A stretch of DNA of 32,000 nt from Nitrosopumilus ureiphilus. GTDB taxonomy: Archaea > Thermoproteota > Nitrososphaeria > Nitrososphaerales > Nitrosopumilaceae. Both the position numbers and the translations under genes were made by a program. How positions within the stretch are numbered: position 1 is the first letter of the stretch; every line of letters starts with the position of its first letter. Shown here piece by piece: positions 23,224-31,157 of this stretch. Location of the stretch: contig NZ_CP026995.1 of NCBI RefSeq assembly GCF_013407185.1, forward strand, positions 1,009,483 through 1,041,482, written 5' to 3'. The notes under the pieces are model-generated. The model was not told where the DNA came from. It was given only the letters and a program-made list of their open reading frames with translations, and did no database searches.

Positions 23224-23472
23224 ATGCCTGATGAACTAGATAAAATTGGAAAATTGATCAAATATGCAGTTTATTATGATAAACGAAATCCACGTATCCT
23301 AATTCATCAAATAGGAGTACACAAACTGTTCAAAGGTGAACGTGTTTTTGATTCTCCTGTAGATGCTTGGACATTCTTCAGCAATAAAGATGATACAATG
23401 TTATTTACGAAGTCAATACATGATGCTAATCCACAACTTCCAATAAAGCAATGTATGTTGTGTAAAATATAA
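23224..23472 (+). CDS. Hypothetical small cytoplasmic protein
   Basis: 82-aa ORF with protein-like composition (MPDELDKIGKLIKYAVYYDKRNPRILIHQIGVHKLFKGERVFDSPVDAWTFF...). I recognise no family. Confidence 0.5.
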   Translation: MPDELDKIGKLIKYAVYYDKRNPRILIHQIGVHKLFKGERVFDSPVDAWTFFSNKDDTMLFTKSIHDANPQLPIKQCMLCKI

Positions 23473-23494
23473 AATAAATTAGAATCTGACAAAT

Positions 23495-24016
23495 TCAGAT
23501 AATAGAATATGTGCCAGAAGATACTCTTTTGAAGTATTCTGTGTATTTTCATGGATTTCCTTTCCTGTGCTTTGGCAAAAATGTACTGTATGTAGAATCT
23601 GCAAATCCTTTGATTTTTTTCTTCACATCTTTTGCAGAAAATTTGCTTGGAAGTGTTCCAGATTTTACAGCATCATGAATTGTTCAGATAGGGGTTTTCT
23701 TATCATTTCTTCTTAATTTTTAAAGAAACTGCTTGAGTGTTTCTTTATCTATTCTATATTTTAGAGAGGAATATCCATCAATCTTCCTGACTGATTTCCA
23801 TAATTCCTTTTTGTTTTATGAGGATTTATTGTTTCAATCTTCTTGCAGGTTTTTATCTTTGGCCTTCGTAACTTGCACACCTACGCTATCTCCTACGGAT
23901 ACATCTTCCTTAAGATGCCGTACACTTTTCTTTACAACCCCAACATTTTCACTGACATCCACTTTTTCGTTAATTGCTCTTTCATGATCTCCAATTTTCT
24001 TATCATTTTCTTTCAC
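23495..24016 (-). pseudogene. Single reading frame of 174 codons (including the terminal stop) interrupted by five in-frame stops (decayed gene)
   Basis: Hand translation of one minus-strand frame: KENDKKIGDHERAINEK...NLQED*NNKSS*NKKELWKSVRKIDGYSSLKYRIDKETLKQFL*KLRRNDKKTPI*TIHDAVKSGTLPSKFSAKDVKKKIKGFADSTYSTFLPKHRKGNP*KYTEYFKRVSSGTYSII*. Protein-like sequence continues across each stop without any frame change. Confidence 0.5.
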
Positions 24017-24018
24017 AA

Positions 24019-24837
24019 TTACTTGACAAACAAGTTAATGTTTACTGGAGGAGACAGGGCAGTAGGATTGTTAACAGATTCCCAAACAAATACAGTTGCA
24101 GTGTATTTGCCTTCTTTGAAAGGAATCCATGTCACCTCAGGATTTATTTTCTGAAAAGATGTAAGATTTCCAGTAAGCCAAGATAAAGATTCTACTTGGT
24201 TTTGACTGTTTTGTATTTGAACTAAATATGCAAATGGCTGAATTCTGTCCATTTGGTTTTCTAAGTCAGAAACTAGTCTAATTTGTTGGTCTACAGAAAT
24301 TAAATTGTCATCTATAGGTATTTTTTCTGTATCTAGCACCATAAAGTTTGATACAGGAGCTCTCTCCATCGGAGGTGAACTTCCCCCAACTATGGCAGTT
24401 GAAAACATCTCTATTCCATTTTCTGTGATTATAGCATTTCTAGTAGGTGTATGATTTACAGGAAATAGAGTATCCACATACTCTGCAGTTATTGTATCCC
24501 CTTCAACAGTATGTAAAAATCCTGTCCCCGAAGGTGGTTTTTCTACAAATACAACATCTCCTTCAAATATGCCCGAATCAAAATCGGTTTCAAAAAGTGT
24601 CATTCTAAAACCAGAATGATCAGTATCCGAATGAATTGCAATCCACACATAGTCTATTACATTTGGATGTCGATTCATGTCAGGATCAGTCACAATTATG
24701 GTGGCTTTGGTTCCATCATGACTTGGGAAACTGGCCTGTTTCCAGTAAACTTCGGCAACCGTAAAATCAAGGGGTTCTCCAAATACTGTTGACGTCAGGA
24801 ACCCAATTAGAATCAAAAAAATTACAAAATATTTCAT
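24019..24837 (-). CDS. Hypothetical secreted protein (TDPDMN beta-module plus Ig/CARDB-like C-terminal domain)
   Basis: 272 aa. Signal peptide MKYFVIFLILIGFLTSTVFG. N-terminal domain VYWKQ...IIVTDPDMN...HSDTD..G...LFETDFDSGIFEGDVVF...GDTITAEYVD is paralogous to the 8569 protein. Its promoter and leader duplicate those of the 6130 gene. Confidence 0.8.
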   Translation of the reverse strand: MKYFVIFLILIGFLTSTVFGEPLDFTVAEVYWKQASFPSHDGTKATIIVTDPDMNRHPNVIDYVWIAIHSDTDHSGFRMTLFETDFDSGIFEGDVVFVEKPPSGTGFLHTVEGDTITAEYVDTLFPVNHTPTRNAIITENGIEMFSTAIVGGSSPPMERAPVSNFMVLDTEKIPIDDNLISVDQQIRLVSDLENQMDRIQPFAYLVQIQNSQNQVESLSWLTGNLTSFQKINPEVTWIPFKEGKYTATVFVWESVNNPTALSPPVNINLFVK

Positions 24838-25042
24838 AATATGACTAACAGAATAATGGGAAGTTCATAAAGGAATCTACTAAAATGTGCTAAACAACCC
24901 AATCACGGAATTTTATGATTTTGATCGCATAACTGATTAGCGTTTTTATTGTCATAACTAATAACCATAATGATGGTTACTGGATTTTCAGTATCTGATT
25001 TGCGGTTTAAAATTTACGCACTAATAAGGAGTCAAAATAGCT

Positions 25043-26476
25043 TTGGTTAAGGAAAATTGTGGCGTTGTTGGAATCTTTAGCCTGAGTGGAACTAATGTAG
25101 TTCCTATGGTAATTGATGCATTAAGAGCACTTCAACACAGAGGACAAGAAGCCTGGGGTCTTGCAATTCCAAACAAGCCTCCACTTAAACGATTAGGATT
25201 AGTATCTGGAGCATCATCCGAATTTAAAAAAATCACCGAAGAATATTCTTCCCCAGCAGTAATTGGGCATGTTAGATATTCTACAATGGGAAGAAGTTCA
25301 TTAGAAAATGCACAACCCCTCAAGGTAAAAGATCTCTGTATTGCACATAATGGAACCATAGCAAATGTACAAGAATTATCAAATCTAGTTGGTGGATGTT
25401 CTTTTACTCCGCAAAATGCAAGTGACACACTTGTAGCGGCTCAGAGACTAGTTGCACTAATTTCTGAGAATGGTCAAATGGGAAAAGCACTTTCAATTCT
25501 CAAAAATGAAATGATTGGCTCTTATTGTTTTACCTTTATCTCTGATGATAATTCTGTTTATGCAGCACGTGATCCAAAGGGATTCCGTCCAATGGTTTTA
25601 GGGTACAAGGAATCTGATAATACTTACATTGTTGCATCGGAATCTTCTGCAGTATCTGCAGTTGGTGCAAAACTACAACGAAATGTAAACCCTGGCGAAT
25701 TAATAAAATTAAGTAACAATGGTTTGGAAACTGAACGTTTCTCTGATGATCCTGCACGTGCACATTGTTCTTTTGAATTTACTTACTTTGCACATCCCTC
25801 AAGTAACATGGAAGGAACTAACATCTATGTTGCAAGAAAGAATATTGGAAGATTTTTGGCAAAGAAATTTCCAATTAATGATGCTGATTTAGTAATTCCT
25901 GTACCTGATTCTGCAAGGCCAGCTGCATTGGGATATGCACAAGAACTTGGTGTCTCTTTTGATGAAGGACTTCTAAAGGATAGATATAGCAAGAAAGGTC
26001 CATTGCGAAGTTTCATTGAACCGCATCAATCAGACCGAATAGAAATTAACCGATGGATTATCCCAATCAGGGAAATTATTGAGGGAAAACATGTTGTTGT
26101 AATTGATGATAGTTTAGTTAGGGGCACAAGCTCAAAAGCAATAATTAAAGCACTACGTAGGGCAGGAGCTAAAAAAATTAGTATGGTCATTACATATCCT
26201 CCAATTAAATTCCCATGTTATGCCGGAATTGATTTTCCATCTCAAGAAGAACTTGCAACATTTTCTGACGGCAAAGAGATGACTCAAGAAGAAATTACTG
26301 AAATGGTAAGACAAAGTATTGGCGCTGACTTTTTGGGATACAATGATGCTGAAAATCTTGCAGCAGCAGTTGGAATTCCAAAAGATTCGATGTGTTTCAC
26401 ATGTTCTTCAGGTGATTATGAATCACTTGGTATTACTCCTGAATTTCGAAGTAGAAAAGAAATGAAAGGAGAATAG
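25043..26476 (+). CDS. purF: Amidophosphoribosyltransferase
   Basis: 477 aa. Short propeptide, then the catalytic Cys (MVKEN/CGVVGI), GHVRYST and HNGTIAN (Ntn glutaminase), the VVIDDSLVRGTS PRPP-binding loop, and C-terminal Cys residues. Confidence 0.97.
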   Translation: MVKENCGVVGIFSLSGTNVVPMVIDALRALQHRGQEAWGLAIPNKPPLKRLGLVSGASSEFKKITEEYSSPAVIGHVRYSTMGRSSLENAQPLKVKDLCIAHNGTIANVQELSNLVGGCSFTPQNASDTLVAAQRLVALISENGQMGKALSILKNEMIGSYCFTFISDDNSVYAARDPKGFRPMVLGYKESDNTYIVASESSAVSAVGAKLQRNVNPGELIKLSNNGLETERFSDDPARAHCSFEFTYFAHPSSNMEGTNIYVARKNIGRFLAKKFPINDADLVIPVPDSARPAALGYAQELGVSFDEGLLKDRYSKKGPLRSFIEPHQSDRIEINRWIIPIREIIEGKHVVVIDDSLVRGTSSKAIIKALRRAGAKKISMVITYPPIKFPCYAGIDFPSQEELATFSDGKEMTQEEITEMVRQSIGADFLGYNDAENLAAAVGIPKDSMCFTCSSGDYESLGITPEFRSRKEMKGE

Positions 26477-26513
26477 GGTATTTTTTTAAATATGGTAAAT
26501 TGAATTAAAAAAT

Positions 26514-26792
26514 ATGCAAGCAGTATGGAATGGTGTGGTAATTGCCGACAGTGATGACACCGTAGTTGTTGAAGGAAATCACTATTTTCCAATCGATTCT
26601 ATAAAAAAAGAATATTTTGCAAAGACTGATTTTACATCTTTTTGCGGTTGGAAAGGTATGGCAAATTATTATTCAGTTACAGTAAATGGCAAAACCAACA
26701 AAGACTGTGCATGGTATTATGAAGAGCCAAATGACGCTGCCAAGAAGATTAAAGGAATGGTAGCGTTTTGGAATGGTGTTAAAATAAAGTGA
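26514..26792 (+). CDS. DUF427-domain protein
   Basis: 92 aa. WNGVVIADSDDTVVVEGNHYFP...FCGWKGMANYYSV...CAWYYEEPNDAAKKIKGMVAFW matches the DUF427 pattern. Confidence 0.8.
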   Translation: MQAVWNGVVIADSDDTVVVEGNHYFPIDSIKKEYFAKTDFTSFCGWKGMANYYSVTVNGKTNKDCAWYYEEPNDAAKKIKGMVAFWNGVKIK

Positions 26793-27085
26793 TTTGTTTC
26801 TAGTTTGTTAATTCTATGATGCTGTGATCCCGAAACAGGATAGAGTATAAAATCATAATTTACTTCAAAATAAAACTCAAATGGCTCCAAAATCTGTTTA
26901 TTGTCATCAATATGCATCAATTTCATAATTTCTATTTTATTGAAAAATTATTTTATCCCTACTTGTTTAAAAAATACAACTTTTGAATAAAGATGTGCCT
27001 AGAACCTGGAATTTTCAATATTTTAGTTTCAACTGCCACAAATATTTTGACTAGTTTTAATTATTAGAAAAACCATGAATTATGC

Positions 27086-27472
27086 GTGAAACAGTATACT
27101 GCAATTATTGGTACGGGAATTGGTGCTATTGTAATCATGGCAGTAATCTTTGGAATGGATGTTTTGAAATTATCTGTATCTACACAGGATTATGATATTT
27201 TTGTTGATCCTGTTTTGGATAAACAAAGTCTGTTTGTTATGGGACGTGTAACGATTCAAAATACAGGGTTTCAACCATTAACTAATGTTCATGTTAATTT
27301 TGGGGCAGGAGATACCTTGGAATTGGGAACTATTGATGTAGGTAAAAAAATCATTGTTTCTCCACCTTCTGACAATCCAATGGAGTTTGTAATGATCACT
27401 GCTGACAATGATGTTTTTGTAAACAAAGCATACCGGGAAATGCCAAAGATGGTAGGAATGATGGGTTCCTGA
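27086..27472 (+). CDS. Hypothetical membrane-anchored Ig/CARDB-like protein
   Basis: 128 aa with a GTG start. N-terminal TM AIIGTGIGAIVIMAVIFG, then VMGRVTIQNTGFQPLTNVHVNFGAGDTLELGTIDVGKKIIV (beta-sandwich-like pattern). Confidence 0.6.
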   Translation: MKQYTAIIGTGIGAIVIMAVIFGMDVLKLSVSTQDYDIFVDPVLDKQSLFVMGRVTIQNTGFQPLTNVHVNFGAGDTLELGTIDVGKKIIVSPPSDNPMEFVMITADNDVFVNKAYREMPKMVGMMGS

Positions 27473-27515
27473 TTTTTCCTAGCAGTTAAATCCCATAAAA
27501 TTATGATATGGTTGT

Positions 27516-28340
27516 TTGAAGTTTCTAACAAGTGGTAAAGTAAAGGATCTTTATGATGTGGATGAAAATACCCTGCTCTTCAAGTTCTCAGATAGAGTTT
27601 CAGCATATGATGTAAAATTCAAACAAGATATTCCTAGAAAGGGAGAAGTACTGTGCAAATTTGCTGAATTTTGGTTTAATGAATTATCTGTGCCTAATCA
27701 TTTTGTCAGACGAGAATCTGACACTGAAATTATTGTAAAAAAGATGAAGATGTTGCCAATAGAGTGTGTTGTGAGAGGCTATTTTTACGGTAGTCTAGTA
27801 AATCGATGGAAAAAAGGTGAGGTCATAGTTCCTGAAGGAACAGACACAACCTTGGCTGCAAAACTCCCAGAACCTCTTTTTGATCCTACTACAAAATCAG
27901 AACACGATATTCCAATCAACAAAGAAAAAACGTTGGAGATGAATTTAGTAACTGAGGAACAATACCGATGGTTAGAGAAAACATCTGTTGAAATTTACAA
28001 AAAAATGTCTACAATTGCAGATGGTGCTGGTTTTATTTTGGCTGATTTGAAATTAGAGTTTGGAATTCTAGATGGCAAAATTACGCTGGGTGATTCTATT
28101 GGCCCTGATGAGTATCGTTTATGGCCAAAGGACTCCTATACTGTTGGAGAAATACAAGAGGCATATGACAAACAACTATTGCGAGACTGGTTAACTGCAA
28201 ATGGATATCAAAAACAATTTGATGATGAACGTGATGCAGGAAGAGATCCTGTTGCACCTGAGATTCCAAATGAAATTATTCAAAAAATGACTGAGCGCTA
28301 CGTGATAGCATATGAAAAATTAACTGGAAATACTCTTTAA
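27516..28340 (+). CDS. purC: Phosphoribosylaminoimidazole-succinocarboxamide (SAICAR) synthase
   Basis: 274 aa with a TTG start. Motifs GKVKDLY...FSDRVSAYD...ECVVRGY...[10 protein letters not shown]...[13 protein letters not shown] are typical of PurC. Confidence 0.95.
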   Translation: MKFLTSGKVKDLYDVDENTLLFKFSDRVSAYDVKFKQDIPRKGEVLCKFAEFWFNELSVPNHFVRRESDTEIIVKKMKMLPIECVVRGYFYGSLVNRWKKGEVIVPEGTDTTLAAKLPEPLFDPTTKSEHDIPINKEKTLEMNLVTEEQYRWLEKTSVEIYKKMSTIADGAGFILADLKLEFGILDGKITLGDSIGPDEYRLWPKDSYTVGEIQEAYDKQLLRDWLTANGYQKQFDDERDAGRDPVAPEIPNEIIQKMTERYVIAYEKLTGNTL

Positions 28341-28361
28341 CCCTTGATGAATTGAAATACT

Positions 28362-28667
28362 ATGGGAACAATAGAAGATAAAAAAGAAATTGAAACATTG
28401 TTGAATATTGTAATTAATCAAATCCCATCTTACACCAACATGGTAAACTCTGAACATTGGGATATGAATCTGGATGATTGTATTTTTGGAATGGTTTATC
28501 ACTCATTTGTTGCAAAAGCAACTAACTATCTAAATAACAAACTTACGGATACTGAACAAGAGACTAATGCAGAATCAACTTTTCAAATGATGAATTTGAT
28601 ATCTGAAGTCTTCAATGACCGATTGGCAGATATCAAACAAGAAATTGTTTCTGCATTAAATTCTTAA
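28362..28667 (+). CDS. Hypothetical small cytoplasmic protein
   Basis: 101-aa ORF with helical, acidic composition. I recognise no family. Confidence 0.55.
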   Translation: MGTIEDKKEIETLLNIVINQIPSYTNMVNSEHWDMNLDDCIFGMVYHSFVAKATNYLNNKLTDTEQETNAESTFQMMNLISEVFNDRLADIKQEIVSALNS

Positions 28668-28827
28668 TCTGCGCCTAGCATCTTTCTTTCAACTCGAATT
28701 GTGTTTTTGATGATTCACAAAATAATGTCTTGATGGCAATTTTCTGACATATCTTTTCTGATTTTTATTTTTTTGGTACTTTTTGAAAATTTTAAAACCA
28801 TTACAAAAATTCTTTTACTGATGTTAC

Positions 28828-28890
28828 AATAATTATAGTGGTATCATAATAATTACAGTGGTATCATAATACTATGTTGCATTATAGTAT
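28828..28890. repeat. Two tandem 20-bp direct repeats AATAATTA(T/C)AGTGGTATCAT followed by inverted repeat ATACTAT-N8-ATAGTAT
   Basis: The repeats occupy 28828-28847 and 28848-28867 (one mismatch). A third copy of the core TAGTGGTA lies at about 28897. The inverted repeat spans 28869-28890. All of these sit in the 350-bp intergenic region upstream of the ArsR-like gene. Confidence 0.6.
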
Positions 28891-29016
28891 TTCTTGTAGT
28901 GGTAATGATAAAATTGATAGCAATCCAATATTAATTAAAGTAAACAAAAATTGATGCGATTAGACAAAAAAATATGATACGCGGATCTTTTAGATCGGAT
29001 TTGAAGGTAATTCTGT

Positions 29017-29517
29017 ATGTCTACATTGTTAGAAAAGCAAATCAAAGTTAATCGTATTGTTACGACAAGTATTGAACACGCACGTGCAATTGAAGACCCT
29101 GCACGGGCAAAAATTGTGGAAATTTTATACCGTCAAGCATTATCTGCAGACCAAATTTCAACTGCTCTAAAAAAGACTGGATACAAAAAAGCTTTGACTA
29201 CAGTACGGCATCATCTGGAAATTCTAAAAGAATCCGGATTAGTTGAAATTGCACGAATTGAGGAATCACGAGGTGCTATTACAAAATATTATAGTACATC
29301 AACTAAATTGTTGGATTTTCAAACACCTGAAGATTTTGACTCTACATATTCCAAAGTCATTAACAACACATCTACAAAAATTGAAAAAATCCTCAAAGGA
29401 TTGACACCAAAAACAAAATCAAAAGGGAAAAAATCTGAAGATTATTCACAGTATTTGGTAATGGAAATAATGAATAGAGCGATGACTAATGTACTTGAAA
29501 AATCTCACAACAAATAG
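29017..29517 (+). CDS. ArsR/TrmB-like winged-helix transcriptional regulator with C-terminal extension
   Basis: 166 aa. DPARAKIVEILYRQALSADQISTALKKTGYKKALTTVRHHLEILKESGLVE...KYYSTS is an ArsR-type HTH and wing. Confidence 0.75.
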   Translation: MSTLLEKQIKVNRIVTTSIEHARAIEDPARAKIVEILYRQALSADQISTALKKTGYKKALTTVRHHLEILKESGLVEIARIEESRGAITKYYSTSTKLLDFQTPEDFDSTYSKVINNTSTKIEKILKGLTPKTKSKGKKSEDYSQYLVMEIMNRAMTNVLEKSHNK

Positions 29518-29667
29518 ACATTATGTGCAATTTGATTCTAATGAATCATTAAATGCGATCAAAGACACATTTGATTTTTCTGAACATTTTCATGAAAAAA
29601 TCGATAAAAAACAAGACACATTGTTAATATTGCAAAATCAATCTCACAGATCTGGTGTAATGAAAAA

Positions 29668-30075
29668 ATGATTGACGAAAAAGTTGTAAATCTATTTTCT
29701 GAAAAAAATCTTGTTTTCATTGCAACTGTAATGGAAGATGGTTCTCCTCAAGTATCTCCGGTTTGGGCAAATTATGAAAATGGTTATGTTTTAGTAAATA
29801 CTGCAGAAGGAAGAATCAAACACAAAAATGTTTTACGTGATCCTCGCGTTGCAGTTTCTGTTGTATCCAAAGACAATCCACTTGACATGACTGCAATTCG
29901 TGGAACTGTTGAAGAATTAATTCCGGATTATGAATACAAACATGCAGACAAACTTACACAACAATACCTGGGACGAGAACATTATCCATTCAAACGCGAT
30001 GATGAAAAAAGAGTCATCCTAAAAATCAAACCAAACAACGTTTTTGTTTTGCCAGAATTAAAGATGAATGAGTAG
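29668..30075 (+). CDS. Pyridoxamine 5'-phosphate oxidase-like (split-barrel flavin/deazaflavin-binding) protein
   Basis: 135 aa. LVFIATVMEDGSPQVSPVWANYENGYVLVNTAEGRIKHKNVLRDPRVAVSV is the typical PNPOx-like N-terminal pattern. Confidence 0.75.
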   Translation: MIDEKVVNLFSEKNLVFIATVMEDGSPQVSPVWANYENGYVLVNTAEGRIKHKNVLRDPRVAVSVVSKDNPLDMTAIRGTVEELIPDYEYKHADKLTQQYLGREHYPFKRDDEKRVILKIKPNNVFVLPELKMNE

Positions 30076-30084
30076 CAATTTCAA

Positions 30085-30110
30085 TGTTTCTAAATTCGAA
30101 TTTAGAAACA
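30085..30110. terminator. Perfect 26-bp palindrome TGTTTCTAAATTCGAATTTAGAAACA between convergent genes
   Basis: Hand-checked as self-complementary. It lies 10 nt after the stop of the + gene and 47 nt after the stop of the - gene. Confidence 0.55.
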
Positions 30111-30156
30111 TCATAAACTAAGTATGTAAAATAAGAAAAAAGATAGTATAGACAGC

Positions 30157-30540
30157 TTAACGTCGACGTTTAGCTGCCTTTCTCTTTGGAGCGGCTCTGC
30201 GTTTTGCTGCTGCCTTTCTCTTTGGAGCTGCTTTTTTAGCTGCAGTTCGTCTCTTAGGAGCGGCTCTGCGTTTTGCTGCTGCCTTTCTCTTTGGAGCTGC
30301 TTTTTTAGCTGCAGTTCGTCTCTTAGGTGCTGCCTTTCTCTTTGGAGCGGCTCTGCGTTTTGCTGCTGCCTTTCTCTTTGGTGCTGCTTTACCTGCACTT
30401 TTCCTTCGAGATGCTGTTGCCCTTCTCTTACGAGCTGCTGCTGCTTTTAGTGCTTCAGCTGCTTTTTTAGCTGCATTTCTCTTTCGAGTTCTTGCTGCTT
30501 TTTTAGCTGCTTCGGCTCTTTTGGCTTTGGATACTGCCAT
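30157..30540 (-). CDS. Highly basic Ala/Lys/Arg/Pro repeat protein (histone H1 C-tail / AlgP-like)
   Basis: 127 aa from the ATG at 30540 (the track start TTG 30552 is less likely). MAVSKAKRAEAAKKAARTRKRNAAKKAAEALKAAAARKRRA... is followed by repeated AAPKRRTAAKKAAPKRKAAAKRR units. The gene is visibly richer in G+C than its surroundings. Confidence 0.7.
   Translation of the reverse strand: MAVSKAKRAEAAKKAARTRKRNAAKKAAEALKAAAARKRRATASRRKSAGKAAPKRKAAAKRRAAPKRKAAPKRRTAAKKAAPKRKAAAKRRAAPKRRTAAKKAAPKRKAAAKRRAAPKRKAAKRRR
30188..30325. repeat. Perfect tandem duplication of a 69-bp unit inside the basic-protein gene
   Basis: Units 30188-30256 and 30257-30325 are identical on hand comparison. The 15-nt core TGCCTTTCTCTTTGG (PKRKA on the minus strand) recurs five times between about 30175 and 30380. 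Confidence 0.85.
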
Positions 30541-30632
30541 AACATTTTGCAAAAATCATGTGTGTTATATGGTAAAAGTCATACATTACTACACAAACTA
30601 TAGAAAAATTTGACACAATTTTTGCTTTACGA

Positions 30633-31157
30633 TCAACAATTTGTAATACAAACAACAGCTGTATCAACTGTTGACTGATCTTTTTGCGGTCTGATAATTA
30701 TTTTGTATTGTTTTTCTTCATCAAATGGAATGTCAAACTGTGTTGTTCTTTCAATTGGTTTGTTTGGTTCTAGAGTTTCTAAAAATAAATCTTTTGATGA
30801 AAATTCTCCATAAACTGCTTCGTGTTTTTGTTCTTTATCATCAACAATGTAAAATTGTCCTCCTGAAATGATTGTTTTCTTATCGGTGATGTTTTTTGCA
30901 GTGATTCCTATTTTTACAAATGTGTTTTCTGGTACGACTTCTTTACTTCCCTCATGTGTTCCTTCAAAAGTAATAATGTATTCTACTGGACCAACAATGG
31001 TTGCTTTTCCTCCAACTGCCTCAATGTAGTTTGTTGTGTATTGTGTATACATGTAATTTGCAAAGATTATGGATGCTATTATGGCCCCAACCACAATTAT
31101 TACTCCCATTCCAGCCATAAATTGACTGAAATTTTTTGGTATATAGTTGAAACGCAT
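30633..31157 (-). CDS. Membrane-anchored beta-sandwich protein (DUF4352-like, tentative)
   Basis: I prefer the ATG at 31157 (MRFNYIPKNFSQFMAGMGVIIVVGAIIASIIF). The extracellular part (VKIGITAKNITDKKTIISGGQFYIVDDKEQKHEAVYG...LEPNKPIERTTQFDIP) fits the DUF4352-type pattern. Confidence 0.7.
   Translation of the reverse strand: MRFNYIPKNFSQFMAGMGVIIVVGAIIASIIFANYMYTQYTTNYIEAVGGKATIVGPVEYIITFEGTHEGSKEVVPENTFVKIGITAKNITDKKTIISGGQFYIVDDKEQKHEAVYGEFSSKDLFLETLEPNKPIERTTQFDIPFDEEKQYKIIIRPQKDQSTVDTAVVCITNC

Noticed and set aside
21149-23836. In-frame TGA codons at 21149, 23549, 23684 and 23834 might indicate TGA recoding (selenocysteine or an altered genetic code).
   Set aside because: TGA clearly terminates many well-supported genes here (purQ, the 7581, 8048 and 9805 genes). 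In-frame TAA stops occur in the same decayed frame. I saw no obvious conserved hairpin immediately downstream. Pseudogenisation is simpler.
26717-26926. 69-aa minus-strand ORF whose N-terminus (MKLMHIDDNKQILEPFEFYFEVNYDF) resembles the start of a response-regulator receiver domain.
   Set aside because: The similarity covers only about 30 residues. The rest lacks the phospho-acceptor Asp and the T/K motifs at proper spacing, and the ORF overlaps the 3' end of the well-supported DUF427 gene. At most it is a gene fragment.
28828-28867. Tandem 20-mers considered as a mini CRISPR array.
   Set aside because: The repeats are directly adjacent with no spacers, there are only two copies, they are too short, and there are no cas genes.
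29489-29671. 60-aa ORF bridging the ArsR-like and PNPOx-like genes, ending in an ATGA overlap with the latter.
   Set aside because: It overlaps the ArsR-like gene by 29 nt and I recognise no motif. The ATGA overlap alone is weak evidence. It could be real, but the sequence does not support it.
30111-30398. 95-aa Gln/Arg/Glu-rich ORF on the minus strand.
   Set aside because: It is an alternative frame of the 69-bp tandem repeats. The Ala/Lys/Arg frame has a proper ATG and extends beyond the repeat region, so it is preferred.
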